Source: Anaerolineae bacterium
GTDB lineage: Bacteria; Chloroflexota; Anaerolineae; Aggregatilineales; Phototrophicaceae
Direction: 5' to 3'
Length of the DNA stretch: 64,000 nucleotides
NCBI GenBank assembly: GCA_022823945.1
Contig: JAJEBK010000031.1
Coordinates: 857-64,856 of the forward strand
Within the stretch, counting starts at the first letter, position 1. The number at the start of each line of letters is the position of its first letter. This document shows positions 1 to 10,281 of the stretch, piece after piece. The notes under the pieces were generated by a model, which did no database searches, had not been told where the DNA came from, and saw only the letters and a program-made list of their open reading frames with translations. The position numbers and the translations under genes were made by a program.

Positions 1-2559
1 TCTTCATACCCGTTCGCCGCGGATTGGGATGCCTATCGAGAGATTGCCGATTCGGTTGGCGCATACCTGCTGGCGGATGTCGCTCATGTGGCCGGGTTGA
101 TTGCCGCGGGTGTCTATCCCAACCCCGTGGGCATCGCCGATGTCGTCAGCTTCACCACGCACAAAACCCTGAATGGACCGCGCGGCGCTGTTCTCATCAC
201 GCATCGCAAAGACCTGGCGCGCAAGCTGGACCGCGCTGTCTTCCCTGGTGAGCAAGGCGGACCGCACATCAACAGCATCGCCGCCCTGGCTGTGGCTCTG
301 CGCCTGGCGACCAGCGACCAGTTCAAACAGCTGCAACGGCAAACCGTGCTAAATGCGGCGCGGCTGGCGGAAAAGCTGCAAATGCGCGGCTGGCGCACTC
401 CCCACGGCGGCACAAACACGCACCTGCTGCTGGTGGATTGTAAGTCGCGCATTGGCGCGGACGGGACTGCCCTCAGCGGCGATATGGCGGCGCGCATCCT
501 CGATCTGGCTGGCATCGTTGTCAACCGCCAGACCATCCCCGGCGATACTTCTGCTTTTCGACCGAGTGGCATCCGCCTCGGCACGCCCTGGATCACCCAG
601 CGCGGCATAGACGAAACGGGCATCGACCAGTTGGGTGACATCATCGCTGATCTGCTGGAAGCATGCGAACCGTATAGCCTGATGGGACGCATCCGTCCGC
701 TGGCGCGCGCCAAGGTCGACTTTGACGCCCTCATCGAAGCCACGCAACGCTGCCGCGAATTATCACAAAGCTTGGGCATTGACACCGATCACGAACTGCC
801 TTCCCTCCATCCTGATGGGGGGACCGAGGGGGGTTGGAACGCTTCCCTCCAGCCTGATGGCGAGACCGAGGTGGGTGGCCAGCCTGAGGGGGGCGTCCTG
901 CAAATTCTTGGGGAACGCGCCGCCGACTTCCTGCATGGCGCATTGACCAGCGATGTCGATGCGCTACAGGATGGCGAGGCACAAGCGACCAGCTTGCTCG
1001 AGCCAGATGGCGCGCTCATGGCGACGGGAACTTTACAGCGCATGTCGCAGGGCGAATTTCGCTTGAAGCTGCGCGGAAATGTCACGCGGGCAAGCGCCTG
1101 GCTGGCAGCGCTCAGCGATGGGTATGTGCGCTTTGATGCCGACGATGTCAGCGCGACCTTGCCCGGTCCTGTGTCGGTATCCCGCCTTGCCTCCGCCTCG
1201 CTTGCGGATGTCAGCGAGACCGTCGCAATGCCACGCATCGCCAGCAAAGTCACTTTCATCGGCAGCAACCGCTTGCCCGCCGAACGATCGGGGTGGTCGC
1301 CAGCGCCTCTGTCAGCCTTTGAGCCCAATCTCGCCAGTGTCGATATGCTCTTGCAGACACCCCTGCTCGGCGCGCACCGCGAACTTGGCGCGAAACTTGC
1401 GCCCTTCGCCGGCTACGAGATGCCCTTGTGGTATCAGTCCGTCAGCGCTGAGCATGCCGCTGTGCGCGAATCGGCCGGCGTCTTTGATGTCGCGCACATG
1501 GGCGTGCTGGAAGTCAGCGGGCGTGGGGCGGCGCGCTTCTTGCATACCCTCACCACCAACGATGTGCTCAGCCTGCGCGTCGGCAGATCGCATTATTCCT
1601 TCTTGCTGGATGTCGATGGCGGCGTGCTGGATGACTTGCTGGTCTATCGATTGGCGGAGGAGCGCTTCCTGGCGGTTGTCAATGCCAGCAACAACGACAA
1701 GATCTGGGCTTGGCTGACCTCGGTGCATGAGTGCGCTGCCATGCTCGACCGCGATCACCCTACCCGCTGCATCGAGGGCTGCGAACGCGTGCAACTGCGC
1801 GACCTGCGCGCTGTCTCGTCTGGAGCCGACCGCCGCGTCGATCTCGCCTTGCAAGGTCCGCGCAGCCGCGAAATTCTGCAAAGCCTGCTGGAACAGACGC
1901 GCCAGGGCACACAATCGACAGTGAAACTGCCCTGGTCGGGCGTGATGACAACACAGCGCGGCTGGATCATTTCTCGCACTGGCTACACCGGCGAACGCGT
2001 GGCGTATGAATTGTTCGTTCCGCCCGACGAATCGGCAGATATCTTCCAGCAACTGGTAGATCTGGGCGCTGCGCCCTGTGGCTTGGCGGCGCGTGACAGC
2101 TTGCGCATCGAAGCCGGCTTGCCGCTATACGGACATGAACTGGCTGGGGAACTGGAGCTCAATCCGGCTGATGCTGGCTTCGGCAGCTTTGTCAAGCTCT
2201 ACAAGCCCTTCTTCGTTGGCAAGCGCGCTTTCATAGAGCGCGAACGCACGCGCAAACACCAGGTCAGCCGCTTCGTGCTGGATGCTCGTGGCGGACGCCC
2301 CGCCCAACCGGGTGACCCGGTCGTGAATGCCCGTGGGCGTGTCGTCGGCACTGTGACAAGCTGCGCTGGCGATGCGCAAGGCAACCAGGTCGGGCTTGCC
2401 TTAATGGACCGCGGCAGCCGCAAGGTCGGCACCCGCCTGGAGGTGTATGCGGGTTCGGCCAGGGCGCGCGGCATTGACGCCAGCAAGACGGCCATCGGCA
2501 CGCGTTTGCCAGTGCCGCAGCCCTTGCGCATCGTTTCGCGTTTCCCCAAGCGTAGCTGA
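1..2559 (+). CDS. glyA-gcvT: Serine hydroxymethyltransferase (5' end outside the window) fused in frame to a complete aminomethyltransferase (glycine cleavage T protein)
   Basis: Frame 1 is open from base 1 and reads SSYPFAADWDAYREIADSVGAYLLADVAHVAGL...TTHKTLNGPRG, which are SHMT PLP-region motifs. The same ORF runs without a stop into GcvT motifs (GAKLAPFAGYEMPLWY, VFDVAHMG, SRTGYTGE, EAGLPLYGHEL). Stop TGA at 2557-2559. Confidence 0.85.
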   Translation, partial: SSYPFAADWDAYREIADSVGAYLLADVAHVAGLIAAGVYPNPVGIADVVSFTTHKTLNGPRGAVLITHRKDLARKLDRAVFPGEQGGPHINSIAALAVALRLATSDQFKQLQRQTVLNAARLAEKLQMRGWRTPHGGTNTHLLLVDCKSRIGADGTALSGDMAARILDLAGIVVNRQTIPGDTSAFRPSGIRLGTPWITQRGIDETGIDQLGDIIADLLEACEPYSLMGRIRPLARAKVDFDALIEATQRCRELSQSLGIDTDHELPSLHPDGGTEGGWNASLQPDGETEVGGQPEGGVLQILGERAADFLHGALTSDVDALQDGEAQATSLLEPDGALMATGTLQRMSQGEFRLKLRGNVTRASAWLAALSDGYVRFDADDVSATLPGPVSVSRLASASLADVSETVAMPRIASKVTFIGSNRLPAERSGWSPAPLSAFEPNLASVDMLLQTPLLGAHRELGAKLAPFAGYEMPLWYQSVSAEHAAVRESAGVFDVAHMGVLEVSGRGAARFLHTLTTNDVLSLRVGRSHYSFLLDVDGGVLDDLLVYRLAEERFLAVVNASNNDKIWAWLTSVHECAAMLDRDHPTRCIEGCERVQLRDLRAVSSGADRRVDLALQGPRSREILQSLLEQTRQGTQSTVKLPWSGVMTTQRGWIISRTGYTGERVAYELFVPPDESADIFQQLVDLGAAPCGLAARDSLRIEAGLPLYGHELAGELELNPADAGFGSFVKLYKPFFVGKRAFIERERTRKHQVSRFVLDARGGRPAQPGDPVVNARGRVVGTVTSCAGDAQGNQVGLALMDRGSRKVGTRLEVYAGSARARGIDASKTAIGTRLPVPQPLRIVSRFPKRS

Positions 2560-2580
2560 CAAAGCAGGCGTTTAACGTTG

Positions 2581-2625
2581 GCCCCCACCCTAAATCCCTC
2601 CCCCATAAAGAGGGAGGGACTTCAA
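2581..2625 (+). repeat. Partial copy (first hairpin) of the ~115-bp family-A hairpin element
   Basis: gcccccaccctaaatccctcccccataaagagggagggacttcaa is nearly identical to 23064-23108 and similar to 19771-19810. It contains the ccctccc/gggaggg stem. Confidence 0.8.
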
Positions 2626-2630
2626 TTCAT

Positions 2631-2858
2631 AGCAGCGCGCATCCAGCAAACTCGCCAGTCTCCGAAATAAGGGAGAGTCTATTTGTGTAGATTCGATATT
2701 CAAGCCCCCAACTCCCGGCCCCTTCCCCCAGAACGAGGGAAGGGGAGCTAAGCAATCCGAGATTGAAGCAAAAGAGCCCCTCCCTCATATTGGGGGAGGG
2801 GTTTGGGGTGGGGGCATTGCAGCGCGCATCCAGCAAACTTGCCAGTCTCCGAAAATAA
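2631..2858. repeat. Pair of ~40-bp direct repeats (2631-2670 and 2818-2858) bracketing an inverted family-A element
   Basis: agcagcgcgcatccagcaaactcgccagtctccgaaataa versus tgcagcgcgcatccagcaaacttgccagtctccgaaaataa, read directly from the sequence. Confidence 0.8.
2701..2815 (-). repeat. Full-length family-A hairpin element, reverse orientation
   Basis: The reverse complement is colinear with 23064-23178 and 19771-19880. Two hairpins are present: ccccttccc..gggaagggg and cccctccc..ggggagggg. Confidence 0.75.
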
Positions 2859-2980
2859 TGCAGCTTTGACAATCGCGCGCGCCGCCTTTACAATTCGCAT
2901 TTGTCGCGGCGCACACGCTGCCGCTTTTTTCGCAGTCTCGATGCACCAGCGCAGGCGCAATTTAGGAGGCCATCTCCAGC

Positions 2981-5044
2981 ATGAAAGAATATCAGTCGGA
3001 CAAAATCAGAAATGTAGCCTTGGTTGGGCATCAGAGCAGTGGCAAGACTTCGCTGGTCGAGGCGCTCTTGTTCAACACCGGTGCCACCACGCGCCAAGGG
3101 CATATCTCGGAACAGAACATGGTCTCGGACTGGGACGATGAAGAACGCGAGCGCGGTCTATCGCTGTCCACCTCGCTGGTGCCCGTTGAATTCGAAGACT
3201 ACAAGATCAACATTCTGGATACGCCCGGTTTCACCGACTTTCAGGGCGAACTCAAAAATGCCATCCTGGTCGCCGACTCGGTCATCGTGGTGGTCGATGC
3301 AGTCGCTGGCGTCGAAGTGGGCACAGAGTTGGCTTGGGAATTTGCGCGGCTGTGCGAGCAGCCCATTATGGTCGTAATCAACAAGATGGACCGCGAAAAT
3401 GCCGACTTTGATGCAGTGCTTGAACAGCTGAGCGGGCAATTTGACGATTACAAATTCATCCCGGTTACTTTGCCCATCGGTCAAAATGCGCCATTTGACG
3501 GGGTCGGCAACGCGCTCACACAAAAAGCCTACTTCGGCGCTGGGGCAGAGCGGGCCGACTTGCCGGCTGAATCCGTGGATGCGCTCGAAGAAGCCAACAT
3601 GGCGCTGATGGAAGCAGCTGCTGAAGCTGATGATGACCTGCTGGAAAAGTACTTTGAAGAAGAAACATTGAGCTTCGACGAAATTCGCGACGGCATGCGC
3701 AAAGCATCCCGCTCAACCGTGCTGAAGACGGTGCCGGTCTTTGCGACATCCGCCACCGAAAATATCGGCACTGTGCCCTTGCTCGAAGCGCTGGTCGCCT
3801 ATACCACCGCGCCTGACGAACGCAGTGTCAATATCGAACGCGATGACGCAGCCGATACGCTGGGCGCTCCGCAGAGCGACAACGACCCCCTGATAGCCTA
3901 TGTCTTCAAGACCTTGAATGACCGCTTCGTGGGCACCCTGAATTACTTCCGCATTTTCTCGGGCACGATTTCCAGCGACGGCCGCAATATCAATGCCCGC
4001 AGTGGCGCAGACGAACGCTTCAATGCCTTGTTCGTCATGCGAGGCAAAGAGCAATTCCCGGTCAAGGCGCTGCATGCCGGCGATATCGGTGTGGTGGCGA
4101 AGCTGACAGATACCAAGACCGGCGATACTTTTGTCGACAAAGACACCAGCTTGCGCGTCGCCCCGCCAGACTTCCCGGCACCGCTGTATATGCTGGCGGT
4201 GAATCCACGCGGACAAGCTGACAGCGCCAAGATGGGTCCCACCCTCAGCAATCTCTGCGATGCCGATCCGACCCTGCGCTGGCGTCAAGATGGCGATACG
4301 CGCCAGACTGTGCTCGAAGGCATGGGGCAGATTCACCTGGAAGTCACCCTCAAACGGGCGGAAGCGCTGGGCGTGAACATCGATACCCAAATGCCCAAAG
4401 TCCCTTATCGCGAGACGATCACCGGCAATGCCGACTCCAGCTATACCCACAAGAAACAAACGGGCGGCGCGGGTCAATATGGGCGCGTCGACTTGAAGGT
4501 CGAGCCTGCCGAAGGCGACTTTGAGTTTGAGTCGAGCGTGTTCGGCGGGGCGATTTCGCAGCAATTTGTGTCATCGACCGAGAAAGGCATCCGCGCGGTG
4601 TTGCCCGATGGGGTCATCGCCGGTTTCCCGGTCGAGCGCGTCAAGGTCATTGTCTATGACGGCAAGGAACACCCGGTCGATTCCAAAGACATCGCCTTCC
4701 AAATCGCGGGCAGAGAGGCGTTTCGCGCTGCATTCCGCAAAGCCAGGCCCGTCTTGCTGGAGCCGATAATGGATGTGCGCATCACTGTGCCCGAGGCGAT
4801 GATGGGCGATATTATGAGCGACTTGAACACACGGCGCGGGCGTGTGCAAGGCATGGATACCGTCGGCTTCAAGAGCGTCGTCACTGCCGAGGTGCCGCTG
4901 GCAGAGATGCTGCGCTATGGCAACGACCTGCGCTCCATGTCGGGTGGCCGCGGCATCTACACGATGGACTTCAATCGCTATGATCGCGTGCCAGCCTATG
5001 TGCAAGATGAGATCATAGCGGCGGCAGAAGCGGACGCGGATTGA
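2981..5044 (+). CDS. Elongation factor G-like translational GTPase (EF-G paralogue)
   Basis: G-domain motifs [12 protein letters not shown] and NKMD; EF-G domain II-V similarity ([14 protein letters not shown]); AGGAGG Shine-Dalgarno sequence upstream of ATG 2981. Confidence 0.9.
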   Translation: MKEYQSDKIRNVALVGHQSSGKTSLVEALLFNTGATTRQGHISEQNMVSDWDDEERERGLSLSTSLVPVEFEDYKINILDTPGFTDFQGELKNAILVADSVIVVVDAVAGVEVGTELAWEFARLCEQPIMVVINKMDRENADFDAVLEQLSGQFDDYKFIPVTLPIGQNAPFDGVGNALTQKAYFGAGAERADLPAESVDALEEANMALMEAAAEADDDLLEKYFEEETLSFDEIRDGMRKASRSTVLKTVPVFATSATENIGTVPLLEALVAYTTAPDERSVNIERDDAADTLGAPQSDNDPLIAYVFKTLNDRFVGTLNYFRIFSGTISSDGRNINARSGADERFNALFVMRGKEQFPVKALHAGDIGVVAKLTDTKTGDTFVDKDTSLRVAPPDFPAPLYMLAVNPRGQADSAKMGPTLSNLCDADPTLRWRQDGDTRQTVLEGMGQIHLEVTLKRAEALGVNIDTQMPKVPYRETITGNADSSYTHKKQTGGAGQYGRVDLKVEPAEGDFEFESSVFGGAISQQFVSSTEKGIRAVLPDGVIAGFPVERVKVIVYDGKEHPVDSKDIAFQIAGREAFRAAFRKARPVLLEPIMDVRITVPEAMMGDIMSDLNTRRGRVQGMDTVGFKSVVTAEVPLAEMLRYGNDLRSMSGGRGIYTMDFNRYDRVPAYVQDEIIAAAEADAD

Positions 5045-5141
5045 CCCCTACCCCTCGGTCCCCCGGTCTTAACAAGGGGGGATGTTTTCGCTATGATCTC
5101 TGCATTCAATTACGATTTCTCTGGCAGAATCACCGAGTCTA

Positions 5142-5198
5142 TAGGACTGAACTCCCCTCCCTGATGATTCGGGGAGGGGCCGGGGGAGGGGTAGGACT
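5142..5198. repeat. Family-A-type hairpin (5154-5179) flanked by a 7-bp direct repeat TAGGACT, between convergent genes; probable bidirectional terminator
   Basis: cccctccctgatgattcggggagggg forms a hairpin. TAGGACT occurs at 5142-5148 and 5192-5198, and the second copy contains the ftsH stop codon. Confidence 0.6.
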
Positions 5199-7185
5199 AA
5201 TCCCCGCCGGAGCCATTCTGTTCCGCGACAGGCGATTCCCGCAGGTGCTTCGCGACGGCATTGGGCAGGACATCGTCGGTGTCGTCTTCCAGTCCCAGAA
5301 TGTGGCGGATCTCTTCGCGTTCGACTGTCTCTTTTTCCAGCAACGCCGTCGCCAGTTCACCCAGGCTTTCGTGGTGGGCTTGCAGCAACTGGCGGGTTTC
5401 TTCATAAGCGACATCAATGATGCGCTTGATCTCGGCATCCAGCTTGGCGGCGGTGTCATCGCTGTAGTCGCGGCCGCTGGCGATTGAATAGCCGAGGAAG
5501 GGCTGGTCGGTGTCATCGCCATAATTGACCATGCCAACCGAGTCGCTCATGCCAAACATTTTGACCATGCGCCGCGCGATCTGCGTTACCTGCTGAATAT
5601 CGTTGGCAGCGCCGGTGGTTACATCATCAAAGACGATTTCTTCGGCGATGCGCCCGGCCAAACCCACGCGTATGAAAGCTTCCAGCTGCTTGCGCGATTG
5701 ATGCAGCGAGTCGTCTTTGGGCATATAAAAGGCCACGCCCAGCGCTCGCCCGCGCGGGATGATGGTCGTTTTCAGCAGCGCCATGGCATCGGGGATCAAG
5801 AATGACACCAGCGCGTGCCCGGCTTCATGAAAAGCGGTGATGCGGCGGTCTTTCTCGTTGGAAAGCGGCGGACGTTTCGTGCCCAGGCGGATGCGCTCAT
5901 AGGCTGTGGTGAAATCTGACATGGTAATCAAGCGGCGGTCATAGCGGGCGGCGTGCATGGCGGCTTCGTTTGCCAAGTTGGCGATATCCGCGCCCGAAAA
6001 ACCCATGGTGGCGCGCGCCAGCGATTCCAGCTCGACATTCTTGCCCAGCGGCTTGTTCTTGGTGTGGATTTTGAGGATGTCGTGTCTGCCTTTGACATCG
6101 GGCAGGTCGACTGTGATCTGGCGATCGAAGCGCCCGGGACGCAGCAATGCTGGATCCAGCACATCGGGGCGGTTGGTGGCGGCGATCATGACGATATTGG
6201 TGTCGTTGTCGAAGCCGTCCATCTCCGAAAGCAGTTGATTGAGCGTCTGCTCGCGCTCGTCGTGTCCTCCGCCCAAGCCCGTGCCGCGCCGCCGACCAAC
6301 TGCGTCTATCTCATCGACAAAGATGATGGCAGGCGCATTGTCTTTGGCTTTTTTGAACAAATCGCGAACGCGCGACGCGCCCACGCCCACGAACATCTCC
6401 ACGAATTCTGACGCTGCGATGCTGAAGAAGGCGACATTGGCCTCGCCAGCGACGGCGCGCGCCATCAAGGTTTTGCCAGTGCCCGGCGGTCCAATCAACA
6501 GCACGCCGCGCGGCACCTTGGCGCCGACCTTGACATACTTCTCGGGTTGTTTGAGGAAGTCGACCACTTCGTTCAATTCCAATTTGGCGGCGTCTTGCCC
6601 AGCCACATCGTCAAATTTGATGGTGGGCATCTCAGGCGTTTTTTCGCGCGCTTGTGATTGACCAAAAGAGAATATGCCATTCATCTGGCCTTGGGCGCGC
6701 CGCCCCATCCAAACGAAGAAGGCGATGATCAGCACCAGCGGCAAGAAATTGAAAAGCAACCCCAGCCAGGGCGATGTTTTTGTCCAACCGCCTTTGATTT
6801 CCACGCCGCGTTCGCGCGCCAGCTCCAGCAACTCTGCGCCGGCATAAGGCGGCAACTCGGCGGTGAAGCTGGCGATGCTTTGCGACCGGCCAGTTGCGGT
6901 GGTGATGATGACGCCGCTGCGAAACTTGCCGCTAACCGAGACATTGTCCTGGAATTGCAGCGTTTCGACATTGTTCCGCTGCACCTGCTCATAGACATCG
7001 GAATACGCGATCTCGGTTGTAGACGAGACGCCACCCAGCAAGCCCGGCGACGAAATCAACATCAATACCAGCACCAGCACCAGCAAACCCGGCGACACCC
7101 ATTTGCGCCAGTTCGGTGGCGGTTGTGGCGGACGTTGGTTGTTGTCTGGTGACTGCTCGTCGTTGTTGTTATCCCAAAACTGCAT
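5197..7185 (-). CDS. ftsH: ATP-dependent zinc metalloprotease FtsH
   Basis: N-terminal transmembrane segments, Walker A GPPGTGKT, Walker B IIFVDEID, and the zinc motif HEAGHA. Confidence 0.95.
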   Translation of the reverse strand: MQFWDNNNDEQSPDNNQRPPQPPPNWRKWVSPGLLVLVLVLMLISSPGLLGGVSSTTEIAYSDVYEQVQRNNVETLQFQDNVSVSGKFRSGVIITTATGRSQSIASFTAELPPYAGAELLELARERGVEIKGGWTKTSPWLGLLFNFLPLVLIIAFFVWMGRRAQGQMNGIFSFGQSQAREKTPEMPTIKFDDVAGQDAAKLELNEVVDFLKQPEKYVKVGAKVPRGVLLIGPPGTGKTLMARAVAGEANVAFFSIAASEFVEMFVGVGASRVRDLFKKAKDNAPAIIFVDEIDAVGRRRGTGLGGGHDEREQTLNQLLSEMDGFDNDTNIVMIAATNRPDVLDPALLRPGRFDRQITVDLPDVKGRHDILKIHTKNKPLGKNVELESLARATMGFSGADIANLANEAAMHAARYDRRLITMSDFTTAYERIRLGTKRPPLSNEKDRRITAFHEAGHALVSFLIPDAMALLKTTIIPRGRALGVAFYMPKDDSLHQSRKQLEAFIRVGLAGRIAEEIVFDDVTTGAANDIQQVTQIARRMVKMFGMSDSVGMVNYGDDTDQPFLGYSIASGRDYSDDTAAKLDAEIKRIIDVAYEETRQLLQAHHESLGELATALLEKETVEREEIRHILGLEDDTDDVLPNAVAKHLRESPVAEQNGSGGD

Positions 7186-7368
7186 GGAGAGACAAACCCT
7201 TCGTCAATGCCTTCGTATGCTAAGTATAGCCCAGCTGCCAAAACTGTCATGCAAGACTTGTCTAAGAAACAGGCGCGACCGCGAGGAACAACGAGCCAGC
7301 GCAACCATGTTACCACCCTTTACGCGCCTTGTGGCGGGTCAGTTGCGTGCTGTCCAGGCCAACCGCAC

Positions 7369-7604
7369 AAAAGTTTTGCCACCGAGTGCACCGAGCAAAA
7401 GAGGAGTACACCGAGAGTTTGATAACAGCCATGCGAATGAGGGCTGTGCTTTGTGCATTTGTGGCGCTGATGACTGACCTTACGAACGAATAAGATTCCG
7501 AGTCAACCCTTTTTCGGCTTGCGGATTGCTGCATCACGGCGCAAAACTATAGCTTCCCTCTCGGTGTACTCAAAAAACCTCGGTGTACTCGGTGGTTAAG
7601 TTTT
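7369..7604. mobile_element. MITE-like element with ~48-bp imperfect terminal inverted repeats (family C)
   Basis: The left arm (7369-7417, aaaagttttgccaccgagtgcaccgag...agtacaccgagag) matches the reverse complement of the right arm (7558-7604). No ORF with protein-like composition lies inside. Related copies occur at 44177-44263 and 55775-56035. Confidence 0.6.
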
Positions 7605-7731
7605 CGCGGCTAGTACCTTGCGCAGGTATCCATTTTATTGCGATTGCCCTGCGTGCTGTCAATGACGATAGGCAAATGCGGCTTTGTCGGCTATGTTTGT
7701 GGCGAGCGGATTTTGATTGACAAGGCGCACC

Positions 7732-9798
7732 ATGAATCGACTCAAAGACGAGAGCAGCCCCTACCTGCTGCAGCATGCCGACAATCCAGTCGATTGGCAT
7801 CCCTGGGGCGATACGGCTTTTCAACTGGCGCGCGAGAACGACAAACCTGTGCTGCTCAGCATTGGCTACAGCGCTTGCCACTGGTGTCATGTGATGGAGC
7901 ATGAGAGCTTTGAAGATGCCGCCACCGCCGCCATGATGAACGCTCTCTTCGTCAATATCAAAGTTGACCGCGAAGAGCGACCGGATGTAGACGATATTTA
8001 CATGGGCGCGGTACAGGCCCTGGCCGGGCAGGGCGGCTGGCCCCTCACAGCTTTCCTGCTGCCCGATGGCCGTCCTTTCTATGGTGGCACCTATTATCCC
8101 AAAACGCCGCGATACGGCATGCCGTCTTTCACGCAGCTGATGCACGCCATCAACGATGCCTACCGCAACCGCCGCGAACAGCTGGAACAACAAGCCGAAA
8201 ACCTGCACCAATCGCTGCGGCGCGATGTAATCTCCATTGGGCGGGCTGATGACAGCGGCCTGACGCCAAACATGCTCGATACAGCCGCCGACAAACTGAT
8301 GCAAAGCATGGATCGCGAAAATGGCGGATTTGGTACACAGCCGAAGTTCCCCAACCCCATCAGCCTGGAGTTTCTGCTGCGCCACTATGCGCGGACGGGC
8401 GATCCAGAAGCGCTGCGCCTGGTTGTTTTCACGCTGCGCAAGATGGCCGCTGGCGGCATTTATGACCAAATCGGCGGGGGCTTCGCGCGGTACAGCGTCG
8501 ATGCGCATTGGCTGGTGCCGCACTTCGAGAAAATGCTCTGCGACAACGCCCAGCTCTGTCGGCTCTACCTGCACGCCTGGCAAATCACCCGCGACCAAAC
8601 CTTTCGTAACATCGCCGAAGACATCCTGGACTACATCCTGCGCGAGATGACGGCGGCTGATGGCGGCTTCTACAGCGCGACCGATGCCGACAGCGAGGGC
8701 GTGGAAGGCAAGTTCTTCGTCTGGACGATTGACGAAGCCCACGAAGCCCTGTCGCCACTGCAAGCAAGCCTGCCACGCGCCCTGGAAATCTGCATCGAGG
8801 CTTATGGCATGAGCGCGCGCGGCAACTTTGAGGGGGCGAATATCTTGCATCTGCCGCGGCCGCTGCGCGAAACAGCAGCAGAGCTGGGCATGTCGCTCGC
8901 GGAGCTGGAGGCGGCGCTGGAACAGATCAAAGCGCGCTTGGTTGCCGCCCGCGGTGACCGGGTGCCGCCGGGCTTGGACGACAAAATCTTGTGCAGTTGG
9001 AATGGGCTGATGCTGGCGAGCCTGGCAGAAGCGGCGCGTGTCTGGGGACGGGCGGATTATCTGGCGGCGGCGCGGCGGGCGGGCGACTTTCTGCTGCGAC
9101 ATATGCTGCGCGAAGGCGACCGTCTGTGGCGCACGCACAAGGCGGGGTGCAGCAAGCTGAACGGCTACCTGGAAGATTATGCCAACCTGATCGACGCCCT
9201 GCAGGAGCTCTATCAAGCGACTTTTGACGAGCGCTATTTCGCTGGCTGCCTGCGTCTGGCTGATGCGGCGCTGCAGCATTTCCGTGCGGCTGATGGCGGC
9301 TTCTACGATACCAGCGATGACCACGAAGCGCTGATCGTGCGCCCACGCAATTTGCAAGACAATGTGACGCCATCGGGCAATGGCATGCTGGCGACCCAGC
9401 TTTTGCGTCTGGCGGCTTATACTGGTGAGGCGCGTTATGCCGATGCGGCGCGCGAGGTGCTGCGCAAGCTGTCGGATGTGATGCCCCAGGTGCCGCAGGC
9501 TTTTGCGCAATCCCTCATCGCTGCCGACTCGCTCGTGGCTGGCTTCGCCGAGGTTGCTCTGGTCGGCGAACTGGATTCGACTGAATCCCGAGCGATCTTG
9601 TCGACGCTGCGGCAGCCCTATCGTCCGAACATCATCGCCGCCCACCGTCCAGACGACGCTGCGCCCACTGCCATCCCGCTGCTGCAGGGACGCAAACTGC
9701 TGCATGAACGCACGACGGTGTATGTCTGCCGCGACTTTGCATGCCGGCTGCCCGTGCAAACTGCCTCAGACACTGCAGAGCTGCTCGCGGAAATCTGA
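7732..9798 (+). CDS. Thioredoxin-domain protein, DUF255/YyaL family (thioredoxin-like N-terminus plus alpha/alpha-barrel C-terminus)
   Basis: [18 protein letters not shown] and the CHWCHVM motif. ATG 7732 is preferred over the upstream TTG at 7717. Confidence 0.85.
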   Translation: MNRLKDESSPYLLQHADNPVDWHPWGDTAFQLARENDKPVLLSIGYSACHWCHVMEHESFEDAATAAMMNALFVNIKVDREERPDVDDIYMGAVQALAGQGGWPLTAFLLPDGRPFYGGTYYPKTPRYGMPSFTQLMHAINDAYRNRREQLEQQAENLHQSLRRDVISIGRADDSGLTPNMLDTAADKLMQSMDRENGGFGTQPKFPNPISLEFLLRHYARTGDPEALRLVVFTLRKMAAGGIYDQIGGGFARYSVDAHWLVPHFEKMLCDNAQLCRLYLHAWQITRDQTFRNIAEDILDYILREMTAADGGFYSATDADSEGVEGKFFVWTIDEAHEALSPLQASLPRALEICIEAYGMSARGNFEGANILHLPRPLRETAAELGMSLAELEAALEQIKARLVAARGDRVPPGLDDKILCSWNGLMLASLAEAARVWGRADYLAAARRAGDFLLRHMLREGDRLWRTHKAGCSKLNGYLEDYANLIDALQELYQATFDERYFAGCLRLADAALQHFRAADGGFYDTSDDHEALIVRPRNLQDNVTPSGNGMLATQLLRLAAYTGEARYADAAREVLRKLSDVMPQVPQAFAQSLIAADSLVAGFAEVALVGELDSTESRAILSTLRQPYRPNIIAAHRPDDAAPTAIPLLQGRKLLHERTTVYVCRDFACRLPVQTASDTAELLAEI

Positions 9799-10280
9799 TG
9801 CTGCCCGAACGACAAGCGGCGCAAGACTACTTCCGCACGCTTCTGCGCACAGTCGTGGGGCAGGCCTTCGCGGCGGCCGGCTATCGCCTGGAGAAGGCTC
9901 CGCTGCAATGGGCGGGTGGCAAGTTTCGCTTCGTCAAGACCTTTGCGAATGGCTCTCTTGGCACGATCGACTTTCAAGCGCTGGTCTACAGCGATTCTGC
10001 CTGGTCGGCCGGCGCGCCATCGCGATTCCGCGTGCATCTGACACGCTCGCATGCTGAAAAAATTATCGCCTCTCGCAGTTTGAGCCAGTTGGTCGTGGCC
10101 GACTTCGGCGTCATGATTTTGCCATCCGCTGACCATTGGTGGACCTACACAGATACCGATTCGCTGGGCAAAGCGCTGGCTGAAGCAGGCCACCTGGTCA
10201 TCGGCTATGGACTGCCTTGGCTGGCTGGCGAGCTGCTGCCACCTGCCGATGCGCTCGCTGTGGGGGCGCAAGCACAATAA
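9798..10280 (+). CDS. Hypothetical protein
   Basis: ATG 9798 overlaps the upstream stop (ATGA), which suggests translational coupling. Composition is protein-like, but I recognise no motif. Confidence 0.55.
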   Translation: MLPERQAAQDYFRTLLRTVVGQAFAAAGYRLEKAPLQWAGGKFRFVKTFANGSLGTIDFQALVYSDSAWSAGAPSRFRVHLTRSHAEKIIASRSLSQLVVADFGVMILPSADHWWTYTDTDSLGKALAEAGHLVIGYGLPWLAGELLPPADALAVGAQAQ

Positions 10281-10281
10281 C

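Noticed and set aside
2560-2980. Possible CRISPR array or small protein genes in the repeat-rich spacer (ORFs 2627-2872, 2748-2960 and 2803-3141)
   Set aside because: The repeats are inverted and irregularly spaced, with no constant repeat/spacer periodicity and no cas genes. The ORFs merely read through hairpin repeats.
7570-9759. A 729-aa minus-strand ORF, the longest in that region
   Set aside because: It is exactly antisense to the DUF255/thioredoxin-domain gene, which has clear motifs. Its translation is Arg/Ala/Gln-rich with no motif, as expected for a shadow ORF in GC-rich DNA.
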